A stretch of 64,000 bases of DNA, taken from positions 12,079 to 76,078 of the forward strand of contig JAWCCZ010000006.1 of the NCBI GenBank assembly GCA_038861545.1. Direction: 5' to 3'. The notes beneath the pieces are model-generated. The model was not told the DNA's origin. It made no database searches and saw only the letters and a list, made by a program, of their open reading frames with translations. A program made the position numbers and the translations under genes. Within the stretch, counting starts at the first letter, position 1, and every line of letters begins with the position of its first letter. Shown here piece after piece: positions 20,201-29,717 of the stretch. Source of the stretch: Thermofilaceae archaeon. GTDB taxonomy: Archaea; Thermoproteota; Thermoprotei; Thermofilales; Thermofilaceae.

Positions 20201-20258
20201 GCGGGCAGTGACGTAAAACGCCTTTCTGAGGTTGATGAACGGAAGTACCTCTGAGCCC
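20201..20258 (+). ncRNA. C/D-box methylation-guide sRNA
   Basis: Terminal stem GGGC/GCCC; box C variant GTGACGT 20208-14; D' CTGA 20226-29; C' TTGATGA 20232-38; D CTGA 20251-54; guides of 11 and 12 nt; own TATA box. Confidence 0.85.
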
Positions 20259-20286
20259 ATCATTTAGAAAGCCTTGTACCAATCTA

Positions 20287-21135
20287 TCAACTTGTCAAAA
20301 TTCTTTTCAAAGCTTTTAGGTTGTCGCGAGCTGCTTTTATCCCGTCCTCAGGGTATGTGGGCTTATCGAGGTCTGGGTAAAACTCGGGCGGGCATTCAAC
20401 GTTAAGGAAACTATCATACCCAGCTTCTTTCAACAGCTTGATAACATTCGGCCAGTCAATGCTACCTTTACCAACGTGGCGGAAGCCTCTGATGCCGCCA
20501 ATATTTAAATCAAAATCCTTAACGTGGACCATCGCGATCCGACCCTTAAGCAACCGGATCCAGTGTTCATGGTACCCTAAGGCTACCAGGTTTCCTACAT
20601 CGAGGTAAGCTTGAACATAATCCGATTCTATTTCATCAATGAACCTTCGAAACTCGAAGGGGCTATACAAGAATTTATTCCAGACATTTTCAACCCCGAT
20701 AATTACACCAAGGTCTTCAGCAATTTCTGCGGCTTTTCTAAGAGAAATCTTCGCGTTATCGTACAGCGCCTCATAAGGTACGTCAGGTCTAGCTACACCT
20801 GGTACGACGAGGAGAACATCCGAGTCTAGATCCCTGGCTAACTCTAATCCCATTCTAACGTAATCCAGCCCGATCCCCCTTTCCCTTTCATCAAGAGAGC
20901 CCAAGTTGTACTTCCAGAACACACCGGTGGCAACACTCGGGATCTTAAGGCCTACCTCCTTAATCTTAAGGCGTTCCTCCCCAGCTATGGAACGGGGGTT
21001 TAGTAGACCATCATCAAATATCACCTCTACACCTTCGTAGCCTAATTCTTTGGTCACGTTAACAGCCCAGACGAGATCAGGCCTAGCCTTATATCCGAAC
21101 CCAAGCAAAGTCCACAAATTTAAGCCAGTTTTCAC
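20287..21135 (-). CDS. Xylose-isomerase-like TIM barrel (sugar phosphate isomerase/epimerase)
   Basis: LVVPG, GVENVWNKFL, YLDVGN, VHVKDF, GKGSIDW, LNVE metal-ligand pattern. Confidence 0.9.
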   Translation of the reverse strand: MKTGLNLWTLLGFGYKARPDLVWAVNVTKELGYEGVEVIFDDGLLNPRSIAGEERLKIKEVGLKIPSVATGVFWKYNLGSLDERERGIGLDYVRMGLELARDLDSDVLLVVPGVARPDVPYEALYDNAKISLRKAAEIAEDLGVIIGVENVWNKFLYSPFEFRRFIDEIESDYVQAYLDVGNLVALGYHEHWIRLLKGRIAMVHVKDFDLNIGGIRGFRHVGKGSIDWPNVIKLLKEAGYDSFLNVECPPEFYPDLDKPTYPEDGIKAARDNLKALKRILTS

Positions 21136-21277
21136 ACAGTTAAGTTGAAAGCAATGGTTAAAAGCTATTACGGTCCTCTAGTTATTACATTAGAAGCGCT
21201 CACTTAAATTAATAGTTTTTGAAAAGTTACCTGGAAGAAAATATACTTATGGATAAAACACTAAAATCTTTCTTATC

Positions 21278-22768
21278 TTAACCCTCTTTTGCTTTACCTT
21301 TTTTTCTAAGTATTAAAATCGCCCCAGCCACTATCACTACGGCAGCCACTGCTATAGCTATCTGAGTAAAGGAAATTCCGCCTCCAGTTCCCGGTACCGT
21401 TATCTCGACTTGCGGTTTAAGACCAGCTGTTTCTAATGGTGGGATTACTGCGCCGGTGAACCAAAGCCCTTGATATTCTGGGTACCTGGGCCAGGAATTC
21501 ACCTGTATAAGTAGTTCTTTATCACTTCTTAACTTATGTATTCCAGGTAATGTGAAGAGGTATGGAGCATCTGCTCTAACCTTTACTGTCATTGTATCAT
21601 CAATTAAAACCGTAGCATCCTCTTTTGAGTAAAAGTATACTTCTAAACTTGCATTTGAAGGAAACTGTACAAGGATATCCTCGTTTGGTTTCAGTGTATA
21701 GAACATTGTTGATCGCGGGTAACCGCAGTACCAGCCTCCACCCATTCCTGCATTCTCAATCTCTATGCTTCCGTTATGCATAAACCAGATTGAAACTGGC
21801 TTTTCGCTGACTAATGCTATAGCGTAGGCGTTTGGTCTAAGCATTATGCCTGAGCCGCCAGGAATGTTAAAGTCGTCAATCTTAGTACCGGTTTCTAGAT
21901 CATAAAGCGTTACCTTTGTATTCTCTATAGACAGAACCTTAAACCCGTAATCTCTGACTTTATCCCATCCCCACTCTATTGCTTTGAAAGCCCTAGTAAG
22001 GTAGAATTTCCCTTGGAAGCCACCTTCAACTGAGGGGATCACGAAGCTTGTCGTCTCATAGGTTCCTATTCCAGGTATAGCCCCGGACATGACCATTATA
22101 TTCCCAGTAGACTTGATTCTATAAGCTCTGAAAGGAGCAAGTGTAGTATATTTATATTCGTTAGCTTTAAGTTTTAAAGATGTTGTTTGTCCATCATCTC
22201 TTTCAATAGTTACCTCTGCAGGCTCGACGGCCAGTATTGTGTAGTCGGTGGCCGTCAGAGACCCCTGTAGAGCCACAAATACGAATTCCTTGCCCACATA
22301 TATCCCCTCAACGCTGTAGTAAAAACTATGAACCGTTGGCGGTAAAATTGGAAGCGGGAACTTAGGGGTCTGGTTGTAGTTCACCAGCTGAACCGTAACA
22401 GGCTTACTTGCTACGACTTTGAAGATAGTGTTGTTTTTAAGCAGCAAATACAATGGTTCTAAGCTTTTCAACGTAGCTTTTGCGATTAATTGGTTATACG
22501 TTAGATTATAGACCTCAACTTGTACTCCATCTTCTCCGGATACAATCGTTAAAAGCGATAAAGTGACTGGGCTGTTATATACAACCCAATCGTAAGGGGT
22601 CTGGCATGCAGGTTGTGACTGCCAATCCGCTGGCCTGTATTGCCATATTTTAGCCGGCACTTTACCGTAATAGGTATATACCGGCTGTCCATGGGAAATA
22701 TAAGCGTATACGAAGAATATAGTTAAAAAAACCAAATAATAAGATGCAAAGTATCTTCTTTTTATCAT
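21278..22768 (-). CDS. Secreted, C-terminally membrane-anchored beta-rich surface protein, IgGFc-binding-like repeats
   Basis: Signal peptide; four repeats ending KVVASKPVTV / RIKSTGNIMV / ALVSEKPVSI / KLRSDKELLI; TM plus RKKGK tail. Confidence 0.65.
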   Translation of the reverse strand: MIKRRYFASYYLVFLTIFFVYAYISHGQPVYTYYGKVPAKIWQYRPADWQSQPACQTPYDWVVYNSPVTLSLLTIVSGEDGVQVEVYNLTYNQLIAKATLKSLEPLYLLLKNNTIFKVVASKPVTVQLVNYNQTPKFPLPILPPTVHSFYYSVEGIYVGKEFVFVALQGSLTATDYTILAVEPAEVTIERDDGQTTSLKLKANEYKYTTLAPFRAYRIKSTGNIMVMSGAIPGIGTYETTSFVIPSVEGGFQGKFYLTRAFKAIEWGWDKVRDYGFKVLSIENTKVTLYDLETGTKIDDFNIPGGSGIMLRPNAYAIALVSEKPVSIWFMHNGSIEIENAGMGGGWYCGYPRSTMFYTLKPNEDILVQFPSNASLEVYFYSKEDATVLIDDTMTVKVRADAPYLFTLPGIHKLRSDKELLIQVNSWPRYPEYQGLWFTGAVIPPLETAGLKPQVEITVPGTGGGISFTQIAIAVAAVVIVAGAILILRKKGKAKEG

Positions 22769-22853
22769 GGGAATTTTTACCCTAAGAGTTCTTTTTAAAG
22801 GTTATGGTTTTATTACAACAAATCTTAAATACTTCGCTTTTTAATGAACCCTT

Positions 22854-24863
22854 ATGGGCACAGAAACGAAAAGTGAAGTAAAAACTGCATTAAAACCGTC
22901 TCTCTGGGCCGGTTTAGCAGTCTTTTCCCTGGTAATGAGCCTTATTGGAGTGCTTACTGCCCCCTTCGGTCCTAGCTGGATGTTCTCGATGGTTATCGGT
23001 ACATTTACTGCACCTATCGTCGTTCTCTTCATATTCCTTTTGCTTTCAAGAGTTACCGGTATTTCAGCATCGCCGCAGACTTTAGCATTACTTTATGCCG
23101 CGGCTTCTATGTCCATAGCCTTCTGCTACAGTATGATACCGTACGGTATAATACACAATGCGGCCGCCCTCCGGATGAACCAGTATAATTGGCATCCGAC
23201 GAATTGGGCTGTTCCAAATTACTGGGTTTTCGGTCCAATAGTTTCTGATCCAGCGGAAATGACTCCAATTACTACGGGAGGCCCAGTCCCATTGGATAAA
23301 TGGACACCATTCCTAACATGGTGGATCACATACACAATACTATGGCTACTATTCTTCACAGGCTGGATAGGGCTACTATATGATAGGTGGATAGAGGTAG
23401 AGAGGCTGCCTTACCCTGCCTCATTAACTGGTACTATGCAGATCGAGCTAATATCCAGTAAAGGTAAAGACCCAAGAATCAAGTACTTTATGCTTGGTGT
23501 TTTACTCGGAGCGATAACAATAATTCCAATCATAGCTACTTATCTAAACCCTGCGATCCCCGATATTTACGGCTGGACTAGAGAACCATTCTTACCATGG
23601 TTCTTAGGTACAATGGACTTCTCCAGATCACCGCTTGGTGCCGCTATACCTGTGATAGCATTCTTACCTGTTAACCCAATGATCTATTCGCTATTCTACC
23701 TAATGCCGACGAAAACCCTGTTTACGATCTGGGCATTCTCATTATTCGGCATAATGATACCGAGCCAAATTGCGTTTTACATGGGATACTACAGCGACTT
23801 ACCAACAATGGCGAACAGATTCCACGCATTCATGAACGGAGCACCATTCCGATGGAACGGATGGTGGATAGGCGTCTACTTCGGCTTATTCCTGATATGG
23901 TTTGCGCTGAACATCAGGTACATGAGAGATATCTTTATGAGAGATGCTCCGGAGCGAGCGCTCCCCGGCAAGCTCGGTACTGTAATGATTATAGGTTCAA
24001 CAGCAGCGCTTATCGCAATGCTTATCGTAGCCGGAGCCAACCCAATAGGGGCTCCCTTGATAGTTTTGACAATGTGGTTGCTGTTTATGTCCTCTGCAAG
24101 AGTTCTAGGTAATGCTAGCCTAGTTGGAACAGCTTGGGGCTTCCCGATAGATTGGACTCACCTTCCTAGCTTAGTTAAGTACCTTTACATACCGGATCCC
24201 GGCTACATTACAGCACCAGATGGATCACAAGTTAGACCACCAGAAATGGTAGCAACTCTATGGCTAGCAAACAGATGGACCGGCGAACTAATGGCCGAGA
24301 ATAATACTAACTTCGGTATGGCTTTTGCTATCCCGCTATGCTATAAGGTTGGCTTTGACACCAAAACTCACCCAAGAGATATTACGAAGGTAATTCTAAC
24401 TTCAGGTATAATTTCGGCCGTGGTCGGTTACACGGTTGGTCTATGGTTCAGCTATGCCGCAGGTACAAATAACACTAGGATGGGGATGTTCGACGCTTGG
24501 TGGCACTGGGTATTTGGAGCTCCGTGGAGCAAAGTTGAAGAACAGTTTATAGCTGAGCCGTTATTACCTTACATAGCTGCTGGCTTCATACTGATACTTT
24601 TAATCAGCTTCCTCAACTTCCGCTTCGTCTGGTGGCCACTAGACCCCGTCGGCGTAGCGATGGCTTTCGGTGCTTCTGGAACTGGTTGGATAATACCGGC
24701 TTTCGTAGCATGGATAGTGAAAAGGCTCATATACCGTATTGGCGGTGCAAAGCTTGATGAGAGTACAGTTACGCCGATAGTGGTAGGATTCCTTGTCGGC
24801 TACTGGGTAATGGTTTTCATCGGCGGAATAGGTTCAATGATACAGTTCTTCTTACCGAAGTAA
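22854..24863 (+). CDS. DUF6785/DUF6784 OPT-like polytopic transporter
   Basis: Many TM segments; WIEVERLPYP; C-terminal RFVWWPLDPVG and AWIVKRLIYRIGG. Confidence 0.75.
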   Translation: MGTETKSEVKTALKPSLWAGLAVFSLVMSLIGVLTAPFGPSWMFSMVIGTFTAPIVVLFIFLLLSRVTGISASPQTLALLYAAASMSIAFCYSMIPYGIIHNAAALRMNQYNWHPTNWAVPNYWVFGPIVSDPAEMTPITTGGPVPLDKWTPFLTWWITYTILWLLFFTGWIGLLYDRWIEVERLPYPASLTGTMQIELISSKGKDPRIKYFMLGVLLGAITIIPIIATYLNPAIPDIYGWTREPFLPWFLGTMDFSRSPLGAAIPVIAFLPVNPMIYSLFYLMPTKTLFTIWAFSLFGIMIPSQIAFYMGYYSDLPTMANRFHAFMNGAPFRWNGWWIGVYFGLFLIWFALNIRYMRDIFMRDAPERALPGKLGTVMIIGSTAALIAMLIVAGANPIGAPLIVLTMWLLFMSSARVLGNASLVGTAWGFPIDWTHLPSLVKYLYIPDPGYITAPDGSQVRPPEMVATLWLANRWTGELMAENNTNFGMAFAIPLCYKVGFDTKTHPRDITKVILTSGIISAVVGYTVGLWFSYAAGTNNTRMGMFDAWWHWVFGAPWSKVEEQFIAEPLLPYIAAGFILILLISFLNFRFVWWPLDPVGVAMAFGASGTGWIIPAFVAWIVKRLIYRIGGAKLDESTVTPIVVGFLVGYWVMVFIGGIGSMIQFFLPK

Positions 24864-25088
24864 ACTAAAGTAAACTATCTATTTTTTATAAAGTTTCTAG
24901 TTCAGAAATAATTAAATTCTAACAATTTTAGTTTTTCTAAGACAAAGTGAAGAAAAATAATAATAATTTATATTATTGCTGAATTTTATTAACTTTTGAT
25001 AGTCTATGATGAAAAGAAGTTTCTCTTCTTTTAAACATTTTATGAAGCAAGCTATATAAGGAGGTAACCTACACCAAACCGATTAGAA

Positions 25089-28000
25089 ATGTCAATTCGA
25101 AAAGCTCCGAGTTTGCTGCTTATTTTCCTGCTAGTAGTGTCTACGCTAACGTTGCCGGCTTATCTAGTAGGTGCTCAACCAAGTAGTATTCCAATTTCCG
25201 AACTCGTCGGGCTGGTTAAACTCGATGAAATACTTCAACATACTAAGTATTTTTCTAATTTAGATTCGAGAGTCACAGGCTACGATGGTTTTTATCAAGC
25301 GGCTGAATATATCAAGGAATATTGGAGTGGTCTTGGGTTTACTGTCAGAGAAGAGCCTTTTGATGTTGCTATTCCTATAGTGAAGGATGCCAGTATATCC
25401 GTTGACGTACCTGGAGCGGGTTTGGTAAAATACTCTGCCTACCCTTTATGGCCAAATCACGTTAACCCTTGTCCATACGTTAGTCCGGTTTCGGGAGATA
25501 AACTGGTTTACGCTGGTAAAGGGGGGTTAGAAGACTTTGACGGAGTAGACGTAGAGGGGGCATTTGTTTTGGTCGAATTCAATAACAGATGGTACTGGAA
25601 GTACGCCGCTATGTTTAAGGCTAAAGGAGTAATTTTCATCGAGCCGGACGATACAAGCGTTACTGAAGCTCTGCAGAAGGTTCTTAGTGTACCTGTAAAC
25701 TTCCCCAGACTTTTTGTAAGTAAAAATGTAGGCGCCGAGCTTAAAGAACTTTTAAAAAAGCATAGCGAGCTCAAAGTATGGGTCAACTCAGAGGTAGAAT
25801 GGGAGAGAAGGAGAGTAGCCAATATTATAGCTACTATTGAAGGTACTAACCCCGATTTAAAGGACGAAGTGGCTGTCGTAGGAGCTTACTACGATTCCTG
25901 GTCTATAACACCTCAACTCTCCCCTGGAGCTACAGATGCAATCGGAATAAGCTTCCTTCTCGAGCTATCCCGCCTCCTGAAAGAACGCCCTGCGCGAAGG
26001 ACTGTTTGGTTAGTGGCATTTGCTGGCCACTACCAAGCGCTAGCTGGGGCTAGAGAGTTCGTTGATAGTCATTTTGGCGAATTAGGGAGTAAAGTAAAAA
26101 TGATGATAACGTTAGATCTTGCTAGTGATAGCGACGTTGTTGCAGCTTACGCTGCTGGAGCAATGTATGGCTATAACCGGCCTAGAGACATCCTGCCACA
26201 ATACGATAGCTGGATGAACAGCATCGTAAGCTTGGCTAGAAATATCGAAAATATAACTGGGGAGCCGGCACGCCTTATAGATGGTGTCCGCTGGACCTGG
26301 CCTCCATGGGCTGTCAGCTCGCCGCCTTTCGAGCCTTTTCTAAGGTACTTTGAAGCTGAGGTATTCACTAAAGCCTGCTATGGAGGTGGGCTTGCTTTCG
26401 TAACTACCAACGCGCTCCGGAAATACCAGTGGACATTCATGGATACCTTCGAGAAGTTACGCTTGGAAAATCTGCGTAGACAATTAATTGTTTTAGCTCC
26501 AGTGATTTATCATTCACTGGACATGGAAAGAATACCTTATTCGCTTTACCCAAGGAGAATAGGAGCCGTTGATCATGGACTGGTGTCGGTCACGCTGCAG
26601 CTCGGTAAGTATAATAAAACTACTAACATGTTTGACGACTATGCTCACAAGGATGCTTTAATCTTTGTTTCAGTTAGCCCGATAATGAGTGGAGCAGCTG
26701 GAATTTTAGCAGTTGGTTTTCAGCCTGCCGCCGCCGTAGGTTCATCTCAGAGTATCACTGTCCAAGGTGCAACCGTAGGTTTATTTGCAGCTTCATCCCC
26801 CGTTAGTGGAACTACAGTCACAGCCGCATCAATAAATACACCGGTAGGGTTCACGTTAATCCTCAAACCGGATGAAACTGGCAGGGTTGAGCTGAAAAGT
26901 ATAATGCCTTTAACCGCCGTTGATGCTCAAGCCTACGTAGTTGACTCAAGGACAGGCGAGGTGCTGAGCGCGACCGACACGGGTCCTTTCGGCACCGGTG
27001 TGTTTAGGCTTGGCGGGCTCTTCGGTGCAGCTGGCGCAATCGCGGCACCGTTGCTTTCACCGATGATGGGCGGACTCGGCTACTTAGCGGAAGCAGGCGC
27101 CTATGCGAGAGCTTTCACAGTACAGGTGCCCCGCGGCCACAGGTATATTCCACTGTTTAATTGCTCTTCAATCGTCTTCATAGGCTTTTATGATCCGCTT
27201 TTGTTGTACGGTCCCCAAGGTTTATCTTTTGAGCCACTCAGCTTTATCTCACACAGCTATCTTGTTTGGAGAGATGTTTTAACAACCTGGCCCGAGGCTA
27301 TGGCTTTTGTAGAACCAGAAGTACCTGTTGAAGTATTGATTAGAAGTCAAGGAAGAGTTATAGCAGTTCTCAATAATGCTAGCGAAGCGAATCCGAATGG
27401 CCAGGGATATACTCTGCCTTGGGGTAAGACACTGGTGCTCACAGCGGTTGATGCTGTATTGAACACGTACCGGTTAGCTGAATACAGAGGGGGTTTCCTA
27501 GAGAGTAGGATGACAAGCAGTCCAAGGATGCTTCTTTACTTGGATACTATGAGAAAATACTTAGTTGCAGCTAAAAGTGCTCTAGATAAAGGCAGTAAAA
27601 GTATTTTTGTGAAATATGTTTTAGCGGCTTGGCAATTTGTTATCGGGTCCTACGATTCCACGATTTCCCTGCTTTTTGATGTTTCTCAAACTGCGGTCTT
27701 TTTCTTCTTCCTCTCGATAGCCTTCGCGCTTTTAGCCAGCAGGTTCATGGGTAGAATGGTTTCCGGAAAGAAGCAGACCCTTTATACTTTAGTTGTGTTG
27801 ATAACCGCTAACGCGGCAGTAGCTTTTGTACACCCCGGTTACACGATTTCAAATAATGTTTGGATGCTTGTAAGCGGTGTCTCTGTCATCCTCTTCTTGG
27901 CACTCGTCCTATACACGGTTAGCGACGAGTTCAACACAGCTATATCCGAACTGAGTACGTCCATACTTGGATTCCATAGAGCTGATGTGAGAAGGGGATC

Positions 28001-29711
28001 TATACTTCCCTCGGCAATCTCCATGGGTATAGAGAATCTTAAGAAACGTCCACTGAGAACCGCATTAACGCTAACCACAATAACAATCACGGTTATGGCC
28101 CTCGTGCTCTTTACCACAGTTAACGTGTCACTTTTCTTCTATAATAGGAATCTCGGCCCAGCTCCCTACACAGGAGTTTTGGTAAGGCGTCCATTCCAGC
28201 AGCTCTACATGCCTATGCATGAAATATATCTGAAAATATTACCAGGCATGCTAAGTAACAGTAACGCGTTATTTGAGGCACATCCTAGGGCATGGCTATA
28301 CCCTGCTGGGCAGAGTTTATTCCTAACTTGGGGGCCCAACGGGTCGGGTATAAGGTGTATGTTGGCGTTAACGCCGGAAGAATCCAAGTCTCTTGAACGC
28401 GCTCTAGATGGTTATTACTTTACTCCTGCTTCTACTTACTCGGTTATTATGACAAAATCGCTGGCCGAGAGGCTCAGCGCAATACTCGGCTATCCAGTCG
28501 GTCTAGGAAGTGAAATAAACATTTACGGTATCAACATGACTGTAGTAGGGCTACTTGATAAACAGATAGCGTCTGCGGTTCTCGCCAGGGATTTAGATGG
28601 ATCACCTATAACGCCGCCTGATCCGATAGCCACTGGTTTAGCTGCTACTTACTCACCCTTGGATTTAGATACAGTGATTATTATCCCATATAGCTTCGCA
28701 CTTCAGTACCTAAACGCTCAACCGAACGTTATGAGAGTAAGTACAGAATCCCGAATCGACAAAGAATATATGCTGGCTAAAGCATACGAAATAGCCACGT
28801 TCCTACCCTTTGATATCTCGTACGGCGTTAAGGATGATACAGCGCAACTTATAGCTAAAAGAGATATCTATGCTATGGGCGGCTTTGAGAACGTCGCAGT
28901 TCCCCTAGTTCTTTCGGCGTTAACGATGCTTATAACGATGCTGGGCGCGGTATACGAAAGACGTAGGGAAATACACACACTTGCAACCGTTGGCGCAGCA
29001 CCTGGGCACATAGATATCATATTTGTTATGGAGGGAGCCACGCTAGCGTTCTTAGGTGCCTACCTCGGCTACATAGTGGGCGCTAGCGCATTATTCGCTG
29101 TGTGGAACCTGCGCGCTTTCCCACCGGGCTTAGTGCCCAATGTCTCATCTGGAGTGGTAATTGTAGTTATAGGGGTTATAATGATTACCGTGATTCTCTC
29201 GACTCTCTATCCAGCATCTAGAGCTTCGAGGTTAGCTACTCCATCATTGTTAAGGTCTTGGGCTATTGAGACTAAGCCTAGAGCTGGTAGCTGGCAGGTG
29301 AGGATGCCGTTTATGGCTACACGTGACGAAGCTATAGGGTTGCTCGTGTTTATCAGTGAGTACCTCGAAGCTTACAGCTCTGAACGGGAAAGGTCCAGGG
29401 TTTTCATGCTTTTATCTCCACCTCAGCTAGGGAAAGATGATAAAGGTTACACGTTGAGTGCAAGGCTTCACATGGCGCCTTTCGACGCAGGAATAATACA
29501 GGATATGAATATATTCGCTAGAATCACCCAAGCGGATAGGTACCTGTTTGATGTCGTGCTAAGGAGGCAGCAGGGTCCTGAATCCTTATGGGTAACTACA
29601 AGTAGAGCTCTCATAGGCGAGCTTCGTAAGCAGTTCCTTGCTTGGAGGGCGTTGCCTCCAGCCGAAAAGGAAAAGTATGTCAAGAAGGGAGCGACCGCGG
29701 GACTGAGGTGA
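25089..29711 (+). CDS. Fusion of a PA/M28 peptidase-like ectodomain to a MacB/FtsX-type ABC permease (1540 aa)
   Basis: Signal peptide; SRVTGYDG, PA insert, GAYYDS, PGATD, AGHYQ, TLDL; extra TM helices; NLKKRPLRTALTL (MacB TM1); AVYERRREIHTLATVG and LYPASRAS (FtsX domain). Confidence 0.85.
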   Translation: MSIRKAPSLLLIFLLVVSTLTLPAYLVGAQPSSIPISELVGLVKLDEILQHTKYFSNLDSRVTGYDGFYQAAEYIKEYWSGLGFTVREEPFDVAIPIVKDASISVDVPGAGLVKYSAYPLWPNHVNPCPYVSPVSGDKLVYAGKGGLEDFDGVDVEGAFVLVEFNNRWYWKYAAMFKAKGVIFIEPDDTSVTEALQKVLSVPVNFPRLFVSKNVGAELKELLKKHSELKVWVNSEVEWERRRVANIIATIEGTNPDLKDEVAVVGAYYDSWSITPQLSPGATDAIGISFLLELSRLLKERPARRTVWLVAFAGHYQALAGAREFVDSHFGELGSKVKMMITLDLASDSDVVAAYAAGAMYGYNRPRDILPQYDSWMNSIVSLARNIENITGEPARLIDGVRWTWPPWAVSSPPFEPFLRYFEAEVFTKACYGGGLAFVTTNALRKYQWTFMDTFEKLRLENLRRQLIVLAPVIYHSLDMERIPYSLYPRRIGAVDHGLVSVTLQLGKYNKTTNMFDDYAHKDALIFVSVSPIMSGAAGILAVGFQPAAAVGSSQSITVQGATVGLFAASSPVSGTTVTAASINTPVGFTLILKPDETGRVELKSIMPLTAVDAQAYVVDSRTGEVLSATDTGPFGTGVFRLGGLFGAAGAIAAPLLSPMMGGLGYLAEAGAYARAFTVQVPRGHRYIPLFNCSSIVFIGFYDPLLLYGPQGLSFEPLSFISHSYLVWRDVLTTWPEAMAFVEPEVPVEVLIRSQGRVIAVLNNASEANPNGQGYTLPWGKTLVLTAVDAVLNTYRLAEYRGGFLESRMTSSPRMLLYLDTMRKYLVAAKSALDKGSKSIFVKYVLAAWQFVIGSYDSTISLLFDVSQTAVFFFFLSIAFALLASRFMGRMVSGKKQTLYTLVVLITANAAVAFVHPGYTISNNVWMLVSGVSVILFLALVLYTVSDEFNTAISELSTSILGFHRADVRRGSILPSAISMGIENLKKRPLRTALTLTTITITVMALVLFTTVNVSLFFYNRNLGPAPYTGVLVRRPFQQLYMPMHEIYLKILPGMLSNSNALFEAHPRAWLYPAGQSLFLTWGPNGSGIRCMLALTPEESKSLERALDGYYFTPASTYSVIMTKSLAERLSAILGYPVGLGSEINIYGINMTVVGLLDKQIASAVLARDLDGSPITPPDPIATGLAATYSPLDLDTVIIIPYSFALQYLNAQPNVMRVSTESRIDKEYMLAKAYEIATFLPFDISYGVKDDTAQLIAKRDIYAMGGFENVAVPLVLSALTMLITMLGAVYERRREIHTLATVGAAPGHIDIIFVMEGATLAFLGAYLGYIVGASALFAVWNLRAFPPGLVPNVSSGVVIVVIGVIMITVILSTLYPASRASRLATPSLLRSWAIETKPRAGSWQVRMPFMATRDEAIGLLVFISEYLEAYSSERERSRVFMLLSPPQLGKDDKGYTLSARLHMAPFDAGIIQDMNIFARITQADRYLFDVVLRRQQGPESLWVTTSRALIGELRKQFLAWRALPPAEKEKYVKKGATAGLR

Positions 29712-29717
29712 AATGGA

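Noticed and set aside
25006-25050. ATGATGA box C-like motif
   Set aside because: No CTGA at a suitable distance, no terminal stem, AT-rich background
27007-27050. Resemblance of GLFGAAGAIA to viral fusion peptides as evidence of a fusogen
   Set aside because: Short low-complexity similarity only; kept merely as a hydrophobic insert
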